DNA of 64,000 nucleotides, from contig NC_087447.1 of NCBI RefSeq assembly GCF_036321535.1, forward strand, positions 33,730,001 to 33,794,000, in the 5' to 3' direction. The stretch comes from Camelus dromedarius (Eukaryota). Numbering within the stretch: position 1 is the first letter of the stretch; every line of letters begins with the position of its first letter. This document shows, one piece after another, positions 1 to 14,215 of this stretch. The translations under genes were made by a program, and so were the position numbers. The notes beneath the pieces are model-generated. The model worked only from the letters and a program-made list of their open reading frames with translations, searched no databases and was not told the DNA's origin.

Positions 1-220
1 CTTCAAGATACACTTTGAAACACCCCTATTCACTGTATGTACCAATTCCCAACTAGGTCATAACCCAGGCCAAATCCCAAAAAGGACCTTTCCTCTCCCC
101 TCTAATCCTTTGTTCTTCATTTGAGAGACTCACTGAAAATCAGATCTCCCAAACCTCATAAATATCCTGACTTTGTCTTCCTCCCTAAACTCAGCTTAAT
201 TTTGATGGTCTTTTCAGGAA
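1..220 (+). mobile_element. Probable ERV LTR 3' part (MER110-like), truncated by the window edge
   Basis: C-rich stretch, cataaatatcctgactttg and taaactcagctt...gatggtctttt resemble recalled ERV1 LTR ends. Confidence 0.35.
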
Positions 221-399
221 GTAAGCAAGAAAGAGCACCCTAATCTTATGCTTAAAAGACATTGTAAATTAACTGCTGTGGTACCCAGCCCTGATTCAGC
301 TCAACTCTGGATTAGATAAAAGGGATCAGCCCCTCATCTTAGCTACCAGAGGTAAGTGGAGGCCCTGCTAGGAGAAAATATTACCTACATAAGTCTGTA

Positions 400-760
400 C
401 TTTCTTTCATACAATGTCTAGCATAATATATAGTTATAAAAATATGAGAATAGGAAAATGTGACTCATAATCAAAAGAAAAAAAAGCAACAGAAGTAGAA
501 TTACAGATGGATCATATAATTAGCAAATAGATCTTAAAAGAATTATTATAAATATGTTAAGAAATTTAGATTAAAAGATTGACCAAAGTGGTTACAAAGA
601 TGAAAAATGATAACTCAAAAAAATCAAAATAGAAATTTTAGGCCTAAAAAACATGGTATTTAAAATGAAAATATTTATTGGTGATCTTAACAGCAGAAAA
701 AATACAGAAAAGATCAGTGAGTTAAAAAAAAAGGTGAACAGAAATCATCCAAAAATGAAT
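400..760 (+). mobile_element. Old L1 ORF1-region remnant
   Basis: A-rich; gaaaatgtgactcataatcaa...cttaacagcaga...gaaaagatcagtgag...acagaaatcatccaaaatgaa. Confidence 0.6.
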
Positions 761-879
761 TTATTAAATGGCTACCATGTGTTAGATTTCCCTTCAATCT
801 TTCTTTTTTTCTTTCTCATAGAAACTTGGCTGTAAAATTTGATTACCAACTATAATTTTTTGACCAGAAAATACCTCAC

Positions 880-1090
880 TTCTGTGCTCCAAATCCCAGA
901 CCACTGTTTATATTTCTATATTTCTTCTTTATATTCATACTACAATGTTATCAGTACCTGCCTCCTCTCACTTAAATGCCTTTTCAGGACAGAGGATAGG
1001 TTTTACTTGTTTTGTTTTGTGCCCACAGATTTTAGACAAGTACCTAGTGGCACACAGTCAGCATGTAATATTTGTTTAACAAACTATCTG
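880..1090 (+). mobile_element. LINE-2 3' end
   Basis: caggacagaggatagg...cctagtggcacacagtcagcatgtaatatttgttta. Confidence 0.6.
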
Positions 1091-4000
1091 TTAATATAAG
1101 TTTCTATATTACTATAAAGATTTTTAAAGTTATGATGAGATTAAATAGCTCTCAAATGCCACTAAATTCATATTTATGCCCTTTGATGAAATCCAAAATA
1201 AAAGACTTAATTGTAAGAGGTCTTTAAATACAAATATGTAAAAAGTCTGATGTTTTTTATTTCATCCATTGGTTCATCCTTAACAGTAGTGAAAGAAAAA
1301 TGGTTAGGAAAAATAACATTCTTTGTTAAACACAATAAAAACATATTAACGAAAGTTTATGCAAACTAAACATTGCTGTACCACTCATTATTCCAGTGCA
1401 TGATAACAGAGAGGTAGAATAAAAAATATATGTATAATGCTGAAATTAAGATATAAAAATGACTGCTTTAAGAGATGATGTATCAAAACAAACTTTACAC
1501 GTCAAAGATATTATTTATGTATGTGAGCATGTAATCTGAAAAAACGTCTTAAACAGTTTCATTCTTAAGGTAGACAACTCACTGTTATATAAAAGGTAGT
1601 ATGAGAAGCCATTTAATGTATACCTAGGATTACGAAAAAGGATCCTTGTCTGTATCATTAAGGAGCTTATACAGACAGACGCCAGTATAAATAATGCTGG
1701 AACACAGAGTAAGAGAGCATTACACAATTACATCAATGATATTAAAAAATAAACTAGAACTCACAAGATCAAATATATTAGTTCTAAATTGTATAGCCTT
1801 ATACCAATTGCTTTTGAACACATAAAAACTTTCCACAAAAATAAAGGACTTTATTGTTCATTTACTGATGTGTTAGGTAGGCTGATATGATAGAAAGTCA
1901 GTTGCTAACTAAACATTCATACCCTATCATAAAAGCAAAGGCAGTGACCTAAACTGTCAATAATATATGAAACAGTAAAAAATGCTCAGAAAATTGCTAT
2001 GTATGTGGTACTAGTATTCATTGGAAAATTATACTTTAACCACTATAGACATCCAAGACTCAAACTTTACATATAAATATTGCATCATGTTAAATTCTCT
2101 AAAACATGAAGTTTGTTAATGAAAAACATTAACTTAAAAATGCTGCCAAATTTCTTCTGGGGTGGACTGTGTGTCTGTGTGTATGGTTTTGGGGGAGACT
2201 GCAAAAAAAAGGTATTTTTCCATTAAAGGCACTAACAAACTGGAGAAAGCCATCTGAAAAAAACCACTATCAGTCTATAGCACACATGCTATTGAAATTA
2301 AATGCAAAGGGGGTGTTCTTAGCATCTTGTTACTTTGAAAAATCCAATTTCCTCTAATATTTTAATTAGGCCACAAATTTAGAATCTCAATTAAGAAATA
2401 AATGGTTTATGCATATATTTAAAATGGGCTTAACTACTCAGAGAAATTGTCCCTCTTGTTCTCAGCTATGCATTCAAGTTTCAAGTATTAAAAAAGCATT
2501 TAAGTATTTGAAGTTGTGTACTTAGCAGTTTAAAACTAGATACCTTTTTCTTCGCTCTTCCTCCCCAAAGTAACTTTCTCCATTTCTTTAGTAGGCATTG
2601 TTTTTTATTTTCCTTATTTCCACTAATTCTTCTGATTATGTAACGGAGAAACAAAGTTCCAATTAGGCACTCATCCTTTTTAATACCTTTGTTAATGGAT
2701 TATTCCCAAATAATCAGGCAAATAATCTATCTATTCAAAAGTAGCCTTAGAGACTAGACTTGCGTAACAGCTCCAGACGGTAGGTAGGGGAAGAGAGCAA
2801 GGAATTGGCATGACCTCAAAGAGCAAAAGATAGCTGGAATAGATATGGGTGGATAGCTGGGATTCACAAACAATGAAAATGTTATGAAAGCATTAGGCCA
2901 CAAAATCTTACTCACGTCAGGCTCACGTTAGAGTAAGCATACTAGAAAGGAAAGGAAGTTTCTAAGAAATGTAGATGCTTCATCAAACAACTATAAGCTT
3001 ACTCTGAAAAGGTAAAGAAATAAATTTTCAAAGATCTACTTTGTCTCTGTGGCAAATAGGATGGCATGTAGGACTTATTTTATCACATTGATCTGTCAGT
3101 CCTAACCTGGAGGAAGAGCACATTTTGATGATACACATTCTATTTCCCTCTGCCTCCCAACAACTGCTAGACTACTGGCCAAAAGTAAGACTTTTCAAAT
3201 CTGTTTCAAATGCAACATGCAACCTCCTTTCTTCCACACCTGGAATAACGCATTCTTAAGGGTTCTCTATGTTCCTTTACCAGTTTGTACTATCCCACCA
3301 AGAAGGTTTTTTGGGGTCAGGAAAGAGTAAGGATATTCCATAAAACATGATACTGATTTATTTTTTTCTTCACCCATAAAATGGGGTGTTAGTATCCTCT
3401 TCAACTAGTTATTAGAACTAAATGAAATAATGCTTTTAAGGTGAATAGCATGTTGCCTGACATACAAGTGTTCAATGACTGTTAGTTATTATCACCATCA
3501 GAAGATATTTATATTAACTAATTATTGAACAGAATAATCTCAGAAGAGTTAATATAAATGGTTAAGTACTAAAATTTATATCTTCAATATCTGGCATTCA
3601 GCCAATAAACATGGTTTGAAACTATAGATTCCTCTCAAGGTGAGTTACAGAACTGTGTTATTCAGCCACTGATTAGACACATACAAGTCCCTTCCAATCT
3701 TCTGCTACCTTTCCCTCAAAGAGAGGACTTTTATATTAAACCTTTTTCTATTAAATCAGACTTTTATATTAAAACCATTCAGGCAATCTGGGAATAAAAA
3801 TGCAATCTAAAAGGCTCTTCACATGCATGTAACTCTGCAAAGGGACAAATGCAGCCGCACTTACCTGATACATTATTTTGCAATACAAACATTCTGATTA
3901 CAATCTTTAGATTAAACAGACTTTATCAGTTTTTTCCTCTTGTTTTGTTTCTTTTTATTTTATTCTTTTAAATATACAGAATGAACCCAAGATCATCAAG

Positions 4001-5633
4001 GGATAAATATAATTTCTTTTAACATAAAGCTTCTTGTAGTCTATCCCAAACTCTTATCAATAGAAGTAATTCTATATAGGTACCCTAGCTTTTCAAAAGT
4101 TTGCTTTACACTACGTCACTTTTGCAAAAGACTTCATTTAACAAAAAATGTTATTTTTCCTAACCATTTTCTTTTACCTACTGTTGTGGTTAACAGCTTT
4201 TGAGGTCTTTACCACAGTTTTACATTTGCTCTACTTTGATTTACATGTAGGTCACTGAAATAGACTTTAAATAATATTATTTAATAATACTGGTGATATG
4301 ACAAGTAATTGCTAAGAATTCCCTTACAGATCAATCAATTGTCATTAATCAAGAGGAATTTTTTAACTCTCAAGGATTACTAATATCAAAATACAGAGTA
4401 AGTCTAGGAGTTAAAGAGTTTAGCCTGTAATTTGAATTGACCAAAACATTTCAGTTACTAAAAAGGAGAATTAGACAATCTGGGAGAAACAAATGGGAAG
4501 AAAAAAATTTTGCTTTTCACCAGTTAAATGACTATAATGGGTGCTTAAATCATAGATGGGATCTAGATATTTAACTTTTGTGAAGTCAACTTCAATGGAA
4601 AAAAAAAGAACTCCTCAAAACATCAAAGAACACTGTTAAACTCATTTGGATATAAAATAATTACTGGATCAAAATGAACTGAAACAATTTCAAACAAACC
4701 ATACAGTCTTTTGTATGTCAATCTGAACAAAATATTTAAAAGAATCAGGTTAAGAGTCAAAGTTAACATGACTAAAATCTGTTTCACAGTTTCTGACAAT
4801 ACAATTTTCAATAAAAATTTTAATTTTGAAGATATAATTAGTATTTTTAAAACTATATAATTAATTTTAAAAATAATATAAATAATATCTATGTAAAGTC
4901 ATACTTTCTTAAGCAAAGGCCCACATTTTATTAACATTCTGAGTCTCTTGGTAAATGTGATTATTGTTATCTTAGTATTAATAAACATTCAGAAATTATT
5001 TAAGAAAAAGTGAATATATTTTAATACCTTAAAATTACAGCTACATTGTAGGTGTTTTCACATATATTACCTCATTAATCTATGTAACTTAGTCTTCAAA
5101 ATAAAGAATTACTACCATTTTTCTTAAAGCAGCTGATTAGTCTACGGAACAGATTACCTAGGTAACTTGAACAAAGTAACAAACTAGTGAGTGGCAGAAG
5201 CAAATATGAATCCAGATTTGCCTAACTTTCTAAAGCTCATACTTTTTCTATTATACTAGGTTGATTCTTTAAAGAAAGGTAAACCATTAGTTTCTTCATG
5301 ATTTTTCACAGAGGAATATAAAACATTATACCAAATAAACATCTTACTTCCATCTAAATTGAGGATTAAGAGTTACTGGGAGGAGCAGGACATGAACTGC
5401 CTATGAAGATAAAGTTGAGTCCTCTCAACTAACTATGATAGGTAATGATAAAGAAGCTATAAAAAGAAATCACAGTGTAAACATGGTTTCCTAATGCTTT
5501 CTCTTCTGAACTAACTGAACTTTTAAGAAGTCTACTTGACCTATTAAAACAGATCTGTTCAATAGCCTAACAAAAGCAAAGATAGACTGTCAAAGGCAAT
5601 AGTCTTTTTCATTTATCACAAGCCTGGTAATTA

Positions 5634-5786
<153 letters not shown>

Positions 5787-6587
5787 CTACCCATTAAAAA
5801 AGAATGGAGGGAAGAACTTAGTAAAAATAGTAAAAACAATACCAGACACAAACAGATAAACACTACTTTTTTATGCAAAAAGGATCACTGTAAACCAATG
5901 CTTTGCAAACTTCAATCATTCACACCCACCTTTGAGATTATTTCCAAATTTAAGGGCTGATACCACTAGTATTCAGGTTAATTTTTCTTTAAATCCAATT
6001 AGTATTTTTTAAGTTAGACTTCTTATAGGAATAGTACATAGCAAATCATGACTCTGATGTGCTAATAAAGCTTTTCTAAGATATGCTAAAAACTGTTCAA
6101 ATAAATGTGTTTTCTGTGTTCCAACTAAAAATCATTTTCTATACCACCAGTGGTATACATTTGCAATAAATTATGTGTGATGTTATGTGTCAGTATTTTT
6201 ATGGAAAATGTCAACTTGAAAACATATGCTAACTAAAAGGAAAAGGTGTTTTAGAGTTCATTTTTGTAACTGCATTCCAAGATAAGTCTGTTAAATATTA
6301 GGAAAAACTACAACAATTCTGACCAACAAGCAAAACCAACTATGAAGATTCACCACAGGGAAAAAAATGGCCAAATATCCTTATTTTCCTATTCTCCCCT
6401 AACTCAAATGCTTCTCCATTTCACTGTGGAGAGTAGAGGGAATCGGCTATAGAGTGTGACCTGAGGTATGCTGTTAAAGGCTACTGATAGCTAACCTACC
6501 ATGAGTAGGTTGTAACACAGTGAACACAATTCATATGACTACCTGGGGCATTACTCTACTTTAAATAGTTTGAGAAAAAAAAATTTA

Positions 6588-6696
6588 TATATATTTTTAT
6601 TGAAGTATAGTCAGTTTACAATGCATCAATTTCTGGTGTTCAGCACAATGGTTCAGTCATACATGAACATACATGTATTCGTTTCCATATACTTTT
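6588..6696 (-). mobile_element. Short L1 3' UTR end
   Basis: ttttattgaagtatagtcagtttacaatg...tttctggtgttcagcac; flanking repeat TAGTTTGAGAAAA at 6566-6578 and 6697-6709. Confidence 0.75.
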
Positions 6697-7827
6697 TAGT
6701 TTGAGAAAATTTTAAAGTTACAATGTGGCTGCCTCTTATTTGGAGGACTGAGAAACATAGAACAAACTATATTTACCAAAACAAATAAGAAAGAGAAAGG
6801 GTATACATACTTTTTAAACATCTTTATCAGTCCTAAATTTTTGATGTCATCCATTTTATTTACTCATAGCATTTTTTGGCATTAAGCAAAGAGATAACTA
6901 TAGAAATTACCACCCCCACACAATCCTCCTCTTTCTGCTCAAGGTAGCTCTAACTGTATACTCCTACCCTGAGTCAAAGAATACAAATAAATCCCTTACA
7001 CTCAGCATACCAGGGCACTAAACAGTCCTATAGTCACTAACCAGGCTGTATATTTTTTTTTCTTAAAAGCTGAATGCAATTTTAATCAGCTTGTTCTTTT
7101 TGAGAAACTTTACATATTAATTTTAAATATCCATTTAAGAAAATTAATGAACATTTACTGAATGTCTACTTTGTGCAGAGAACAATTACTGATGTTATGA
7201 AAGTAACAGTGTGACTAAAAAGAGACAATGTTCTGAACCTAACAATGAACAAGCTATATTTATTTGATTATCTAACTGAAACAGACAAATTAAGGAGTCT
7301 TTTAAGAAGAAAGTAATAGGACTTTCACTTACTGCAAAGTTATTACTCAACCCATGTAAATTCAACATAGCAAAACTGACAATAAAACTAGAGATTAACA
7401 TAGTGAAGAATAAGATATTAAAAGACAAAAGGAATTAACTGAGAAATCTGAACATAGTAGGGTTCTAGTTTCATGGGCATAGTCACTATAATTAATCTGA
7501 AAAGGCTGGAAGGAATTTGAATGAGAGAAGTTAAACTGTGTGAAACACTTAGTATGAATGAATCATCTGGCTGTAAATGAGTAGCTGGACTAAGGCCAGG
7601 TTCTGGTGATGAAGCAGGAATGACAATACGGCAGGACTTATAGCATCACTAAGCCAAAGTAAATGATTCACCCCTTCAGTAAAAGGAACTTCAATATATA
7701 AAGAGAAGTGATACCAAAGGGAAGACAAAGCCAACTGGTAAACAATATGACATCAGGCTGCTTTAGATTGAGTACAATATAAAGAATAATTACTGTTTTG
7801 AAGACCCATATATAAAATCAATTATTA

Positions 7828-8157
<330 letters not shown>

Positions 8158-8554
8158 TTAAAGGCTAAATATAAATACCAAATCCAACAATACAGATTAT
8201 TAGCAATTGATTACTAGCAGTGGGGGATTAACAAAGGTGTAGATCAGAGAAAAAGACCAAGTTCTATCTTCTCATAGCATCTTTAAAATAAAAGAAAAAG
8301 ATTTCCATTATTGTGATGGCAAGATTAAAATAAGGATGTCAATGATGGATGCCTACTAAAATTATTAAAAATCCTGAAATGAACATATTTATTGACATTA
8401 AACTTACACAATATGCTGACTAGATCTTTACATATTCCTCTGAAACATGCAGAGACAAATCATTTAAATAAGTGTGACATGTAAAAAAATCATGTGATAA
8501 AATTTCACAGTTGTGTAGAAGACCAGTTCTCATTAACCTATCTTATTTAATATA

Positions 8555-9690
8555 AATGGTAAATATTTATAAGCACCAAGTGTGTGCCAGACAAGTTATT
8601 CTAATTTATAGACTGTGGATACATGACCCTACTCAAACTTATATTTACACAATTTTGACAAATAAATTGGCAATTATTTGTGATATAATAAATACTAAGA
8701 AAGGGATAAGGTATTATGAGAGTTTGCAAAAAAAAAAAAAAAGCTAATTCAGATTTGGCTATAGCAGGGGAAAAGGTATTATGTAAGATAAGAACTTAAA
8801 ACCAAGTTGTTAGGAGTGGGAGGGAAAGAGTGTTCCAGGCAGAGTGTTGTTAGGAGTGGGAGGGAAAGAGTGTTCCAGGCAGAGTGAGTAGTGGGCATTG
8901 AAGGTCACAGTAGACTCCAATTTGAGAGAACAGTGAGATACAAGGCTACAAAGGTAAGTAGGGACCAAAGAAAACACTGCTGAGTAAACCACATTAAAAA
9001 ATTGGACTTTAAGAATAATGATACACCAGTGAAAAATTTTTACAAAGGGTAGCCACTTGATCAGACTTTGGTTTTGGAAAAGACACCCGAGTGTAATGCG
9101 GAATAAATGGTAGAGTGCAAGACTAAGAGACAAAACAACAGACAGCTGTAGTAATACAGGTGCTCTGAAGCAGAGTGACGGCTGTGGGAATGGAAAGAAG
9201 GAGACACAGTCAAGGGATATTTAGGAGCTAGAACTCACAGGACTACAAGATTGGCTGGCTCCAGAGGTGAGAAAGAGGGAAGGGTCAAGGATGACATTTT
9301 TAGACTTAGCAACTGGGCAGACTGTGGTACTAACCATTATAATAGAGAATAAAATAAGGGCAGATTCAAGACGAATATGAGAGTTTAATGCTTATGAGAC
9401 AAATGGGTAAATATATCCAACAAGCAGCTGGCTCTATAGGCCTGACATTCAAAAGAGGTAATATGAGTTCAATACATAAATTTGGGACCATGAGCATATA
9501 AATGGAAATGTATGTGAAGGGAGCTTATAAGGTCCCCTGGGGAGAATACATGCTGAGTACCAGAACTTAAGGGATGAACAGAAGAAAAGGAGGCTGAAAA
9601 GAAATAGGTGAGAAGCTGGGACCACAGAAATAAGAAGGAAACCAAGAGAGTAGGTGTTAAGAGAGATAAGGGAAGAGAGTGTTCAGGAAG
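8555..9690 (-). mobile_element. LINE-2 remnant
   Basis: atatttataagcacc...tgtgccag; gagtgttccaggcagag; gtcaaggatgac...gcaactggg; purine-rich L2 antisense pattern. Confidence 0.75.
8806..8885 (+). repeat. Perfect 2 x 40-bp tandem duplication
   Basis: GTTGTTAGGAGTGGGAGGGAAAGAGTGTTCCAGGCAGAGT at 8806-8845 and 8846-8885. Confidence 0.95.
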
Positions 9691-10366
9691 AAACTCTTTT
9701 CTAGTAACAAGTGTTTACAACACAAAATTTAAAAAATAATATTGATGTTCCTTTTTTGACTAGTCAGTAGCAAAATTAACTTTGTCCTTCAAATGTCAAC
9801 ATTTAGGGGATTTATGAATTAAAATACAGATGACATATGCTTACATCCACAAACTGAAAGTACATTAAGCGCCAAAGAAATGCACAAAAGAAATGATTTC
9901 ACTACTAATAACTAGCCTTCAGATTTAAACAGCAGAGAAATAACCCCTTCCTTCCCCAAAACTTTGTTTCTATCCACAACCTTAGGAATTTTATTATTCA
10001 ATGACAGCAGCACTAAATTATCTTCTAAATAAAGCCCATGATAAGATCTGCTGGCATCAAAGCAACTGCTTATTCCAAACGTGACATTTGAGATACCCAG
10101 AAAAATACTTGGTGCTATGTCACTGATAAGAAGTTTCTCAAGTCTTCTCTAAGGGGGCATGTGAGGCAGATGTGAGAGCTTCACTGACTGCCATGTAAAC
10201 TGCATTACCTCCACTCTCCTCTTCCTCCACAGACATGGTAACCCTCTTGACTGTGTTTAAATTTCTGATGGAAACAAATTCTTCAAAGCAACGAATATGC
10301 TACTATAAACGCTGACCTAGCAAGAGCATCTGCTACAGGAGAGTACGCATACTTAGTTTCTTTTGC

Positions 10367-10498
10367 TGGGGTGGGGTGGGGTGGTTAATTAGGTTCATTT
10401 ATTTATGTTTATTTATTTTAATGGAGGTACTGGGGATTGAACCCAGGACCTTGTGCATGCTAAGTGCACACACTACCACTGAGCTATACCCACTCCCC
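10367..10498 (-). mobile_element. tRNA-derived SINE, Vic-1-like
   Basis: Reverse-complement copy (ggggattgaacccaggaccttgtgcatgctaag...ccactgagctatacc) with taattagg motif and G-rich end. Confidence 0.88.
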
Positions 10499-10678
10499 TG
10501 TGTTTAGTGTCTTGAATCAGATCCTTACTATTAGAAACACTGAACAGAATTCTGAAGCAACTTTAGTTAGCAATTTCTTTCTGATACTTTGTCAGACTTA
10601 ATATGACAATCACAGAAGCTTTCCAACATTATGCCCTGTAATTTCACTCTTAAAGAGGAACATAATAAGGGTATAGAT

Positions 10679-10872
10679 CAGGGGTCAGCAAACATTTTCT
10701 GTACAGTGACTGCTTTAAGGTCTCTAGGCTGTATGATCTTTACTGAAACTACTCATCTCTGTTGCTATGGTGTGAAAGCCCCACAGACAATATACAAATA
10801 AATGAGCATGGCTATGTTTTAATAAAACGTTATCTACAAAAGCAGACAGCACACCAGGTACAGACATCCCTG
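10679..10872 (-). mobile_element. MER58A-like hAT-Charlie MITE
   Basis: Starts CAGGGGTCAGCAAACATTTTCTGTA, ends CCCTG; internal match to recalled MER58A. Confidence 0.75.
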
Positions 10873-11056
10873 ACAGGGATGAGGGAGAAATGGCTGAGGG
10901 AGGTCACTACTTCTGGGAGTGTCATCTATGGGAATCGAACAGCCTCTGGAGTTGTGCAGTGTACATTCAAGCTACTTAACATAGTTCAGAGTTCTTCTAT
11001 TTTACAATATTATTTAAAATCTCAGTGTATTTTTAAAGTATCACCAGTTTCTATAT

Positions 11057-11272
11057 CAGGGGTTGGCAAACTGTGGCCAAAGGGTCAAACTCAGCCCACT
11101 GCTTGATTCTGTAAGTGAAGTTTAATTGGAACACTGCCACACAGTGATCTGCCTATGATCCATGGCTGAGCTGTGTGACGGTGGCAAAGTTGAGTAGTCG
11201 GGACAGACTGTATGGCCTACAAAGCACAAATACTTCCTATCCAGCCTCTTGTAGAAAGTTTGCTGAATTCTG
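11057..11272 (+). mobile_element. MER58A-like hAT-Charlie MITE
   Basis: CAGGGGTTGGCAAACTGTGGCC...TTGGAACACTGCCAC...AGTTGAGTAGT...AAAGTTTGCTGA. Confidence 0.8.
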
Positions 11273-12654
11273 GCTCTGTATCAAGCAATATGATGCACTA
11301 GCAATACTGCTAAGAAACAGGGATAGCTTTTCATCTTTTTCAGAAGGAAAAACTTATATTACTAAAACCAATTTTAAAAGGTTTGAAAATATATTGGTGA
11401 TAAGAAAAAACAGACCAAAGAACATACGATTTAACTTTTTCTAGTGTTTAGGTTTATTTTTCAAGCTAACTATATTTTACAAAGATACAGAAAATCATGG
11501 TTCCTGTATTTGTTGGAACTTAGAATTATTTTTTATCTTTCAGTTAGTAAGATCTATGAATATTCATAAAAGACTTGTTAACAATGTTATAGGTCGATCT
11601 GGTTCTTTATCCACCTCCTCACAGCTGGCTAAAATTTTGGGCCTGGCTAACCCTTTACACCTTCACATTCTGACACATTTGTCACCTGATTTTTGTCAGA
11701 CAGAGGCACAAATGAATAATTATTCCTTCTTGTAGGTGAAATTAACAAAGCACTGATTGGACAAAAGCATCCTCTTACCAGACCATTTATAAATTCATGG
11801 CTTTGACATCTGTGTTCTTCTCGATTCACTGCCCAGAATTCATTTGTCACTAGAACAGCTCACATGGTGAATAGATAAAGATGGGAAAGAAATCCTTTAT
11901 CCCTGAGAAATGCCTCACAAACTTTTGGACACTAAAGGATAAGATTGAGACACATAAAGAAACAATTCCTAGTAAACACTAGCATCACTGCTTATATATA
12001 AATAATCAGAGAGGAAAAAGGCTTAGAACAATAGGAGATAATAAATAAGACAAAATAGATTGTTCTTTGCAGAATACACGTGAATATGGAGAAAGATTTT
12101 AGTGAAAAAATAATGATAAAATGAATGACATGCATAAAGAGAAATATACTACTGAGTCACTAAATCATCAAATAATTTGAGAGTTGAATAAGCTTAAAAA
12201 TTAATTTCAATTTATATAATAAGGTTATCTTAAAAATTAACTAATATTTATTTGGAATTTGGAACATTTTCTCATCATTAACTTATAAATAGTGACTAGG
12301 CCCACTAACGCTTAGCTAGGCTAAAATGTTGCTACAGTATGCATTGAAAAATTAGAACATTAAAGAAAAAGTAGAAAATGATACTGCTGCAATATCACTG
12401 AACCAAAGTCATAAATGTGAGAAAAATAAGTCTGAATATGAGGAAGTACACAGTGAATTACAGAAATACTAAAGGAAGTCTCTGAGTACTATGAGAAAAT
12501 GTCAGTGGCTGATTACACTGAGATAAGCTATGTAAAAGTCACGCTATACAAAAGGCAGGTGATAACACCATGATGTCTAAGTTTATTTCAAAACTTTTAT
12601 AAGGTACAAACCTCACACTAATCTCTTGTTTACCAGCTATAACTCAGGAGGGGA

Positions 12655-12890
12655 ATTAACAGTTATTGAGCAACTACTTTATGTCAAGCATCTCATTTAG
12701 ACTTTTGACTGATTCTATAAAGGTAGATTATAATCCTTATTCTTCAGATAAGGAAACTGAAGTTCAGAAAGAGAAATTGCCCAAATTACTTGCCCAAATT
12801 ACTGGTTTTAATCAGCTAACTAGATAACTAGTCATATGATGAAGCCAGGATTCAACTCAAGGTCTAACTGCAAAACCTGTGTGCTCTCCA
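12655..12890 (-). mobile_element. MIR SINE
   Basis: ttattgagcaactactttatgtcaagc...cagataaggaaactgaagttcaga...gccaggattcaactcaaggtct. Confidence 0.75.
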
Positions 12891-13289
12891 TTGTTCATAT
12901 CCCACATTTTATGCTTTTATAATGGAAAAAAAGGAAGAAGAAACCCCACTTTCCTAAGGTAAATAACCACTTGTTGGATGAGAAAGAGGATGGAGAAAAG
13001 GGTTGAGAAAGATTAGAGATTAATAAAATTTCAGGGCAAAGCAAGGAAAATGGAAATGGTCAGCCTTACCTAATCCACCTGAGTACAGGAATGAGGTGAT
13101 AAGGCAAAAAGAAACACTAAAAGTGAGAGCAACCAAGGAGAAACGGGGGAGGAGTCAGTAAACTTGACCGCTGTGCTTTCTGCAGAGAGGGAGGTAGTAA
13201 GGAAAGCATATTTGCAAACCTGGACTTTATAACAGAGGCGATTTCTTATTAGCATAGATTGGGTTTCCAATGTAAATTTGAATGCAAAG

Positions 13290-13530
13290 CCCGAGAGACA
13301 CAGGCCTATCAGTGAATTATTTATCTGACACTCTATTTTGCTGCCTCCTTCTGAGCTGTTTTTGAGATTCCCTATGTTATTATGAGGTAAGGCCTACTTC
13401 CCTCTTTAGAAGCTGAAAATGACAAAAACTTGCTTTCCCTCCCTCCCTTGCAAGTTGGGCATGAGCACATGACCTCGGCTCCGCTAATGATACACCCCGA
13501 AAGCTCCATCACCTTTCAGAGGCAGCAATA
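13290..13530. mobile_element. LTR33/LTR16-like ERVL LTR fragment
   Basis: ctttccctccctcccttgcaagttgggcatgagcacatgacctcggctccgctaat resembles the LTR33/16 core motif. Confidence 0.5.
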
Positions 13531-14029
13531 CCTACTGTTGTGCGCATTTTAAATAAATTCTTAAAACAGGGCTCTTCCTCTGGTTTTTGGTTCAAAAGGA
13601 TCTAATGTGGGGTCTGAACATTCATATTTTTAACAAAAGGTCCCAGCAACTGTGATGGTCTGTCAAGATTAGGAAACAATGAGTTAGGAAATGGCTGTCT
13701 CAGTAATTTTGCTTTGCTTAATTTTGCTTTGTACTGAACAATAGTGCTCAACTTCATAATCTTGACAATTACAAATCGAAGAAGATGTATACTCTCAAGG
13801 ACCTCATAAGAAGTTTCCGTTTTATTCTAACCACACGAAGAGGGAAAAAACCTTCATTTTGCTTGAAATGAGAGGCAATTAAAACATTCTTTTCCAGTCC
13901 CACGACAGAAGATGTCTTTAGTGGGCTCCTCCATTTTCTTTGCAACTATTATGATTTTACAAAACTATTATCAGTCCTGAGGAAATTTCAAAGAAATGAA
14001 CTATTTCCCCTGTGCTCTTACAATTTCAA

Positions 14030-14215
14030 CTGGTCCCATTCCTGAGGATATCAACCTCCATTACTTGACTGAAGTGGAGCCTGCTAGGCTTCTACACTGA
14101 AATTTACTCTTTTCTTTTTTGTAATTAATATTTTGTGGGGAGGTTCTTTGAAATTAACTAGGTAAATATTCCATTCTTAATCAAACTTTCATATTATTCA
14201 TTTATTTATTTATAA
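14030..14215 (-). mobile_element. L1MC-like 3' fragment
   Basis: gtcccattcctg...tttgtaattaatattttgtggggaggttctttga...taaatattccattc. Confidence 0.5.

Noticed and set aside
2169..2357. YFEKSN in a plus-strand ORF resembling PRMT3 YFEKNC
   Set aside because: Wrong strand, only a few residues match, no splice signals.
3859..3867. Perfect minus-strand donor CAG|GTAAGT in the intron after exon 5700-5786
   Set aside because: No convincing acceptor or PRMT3-like reading frame upstream; the next expected exon (AIAGYFD...) is not present in 1-5699.
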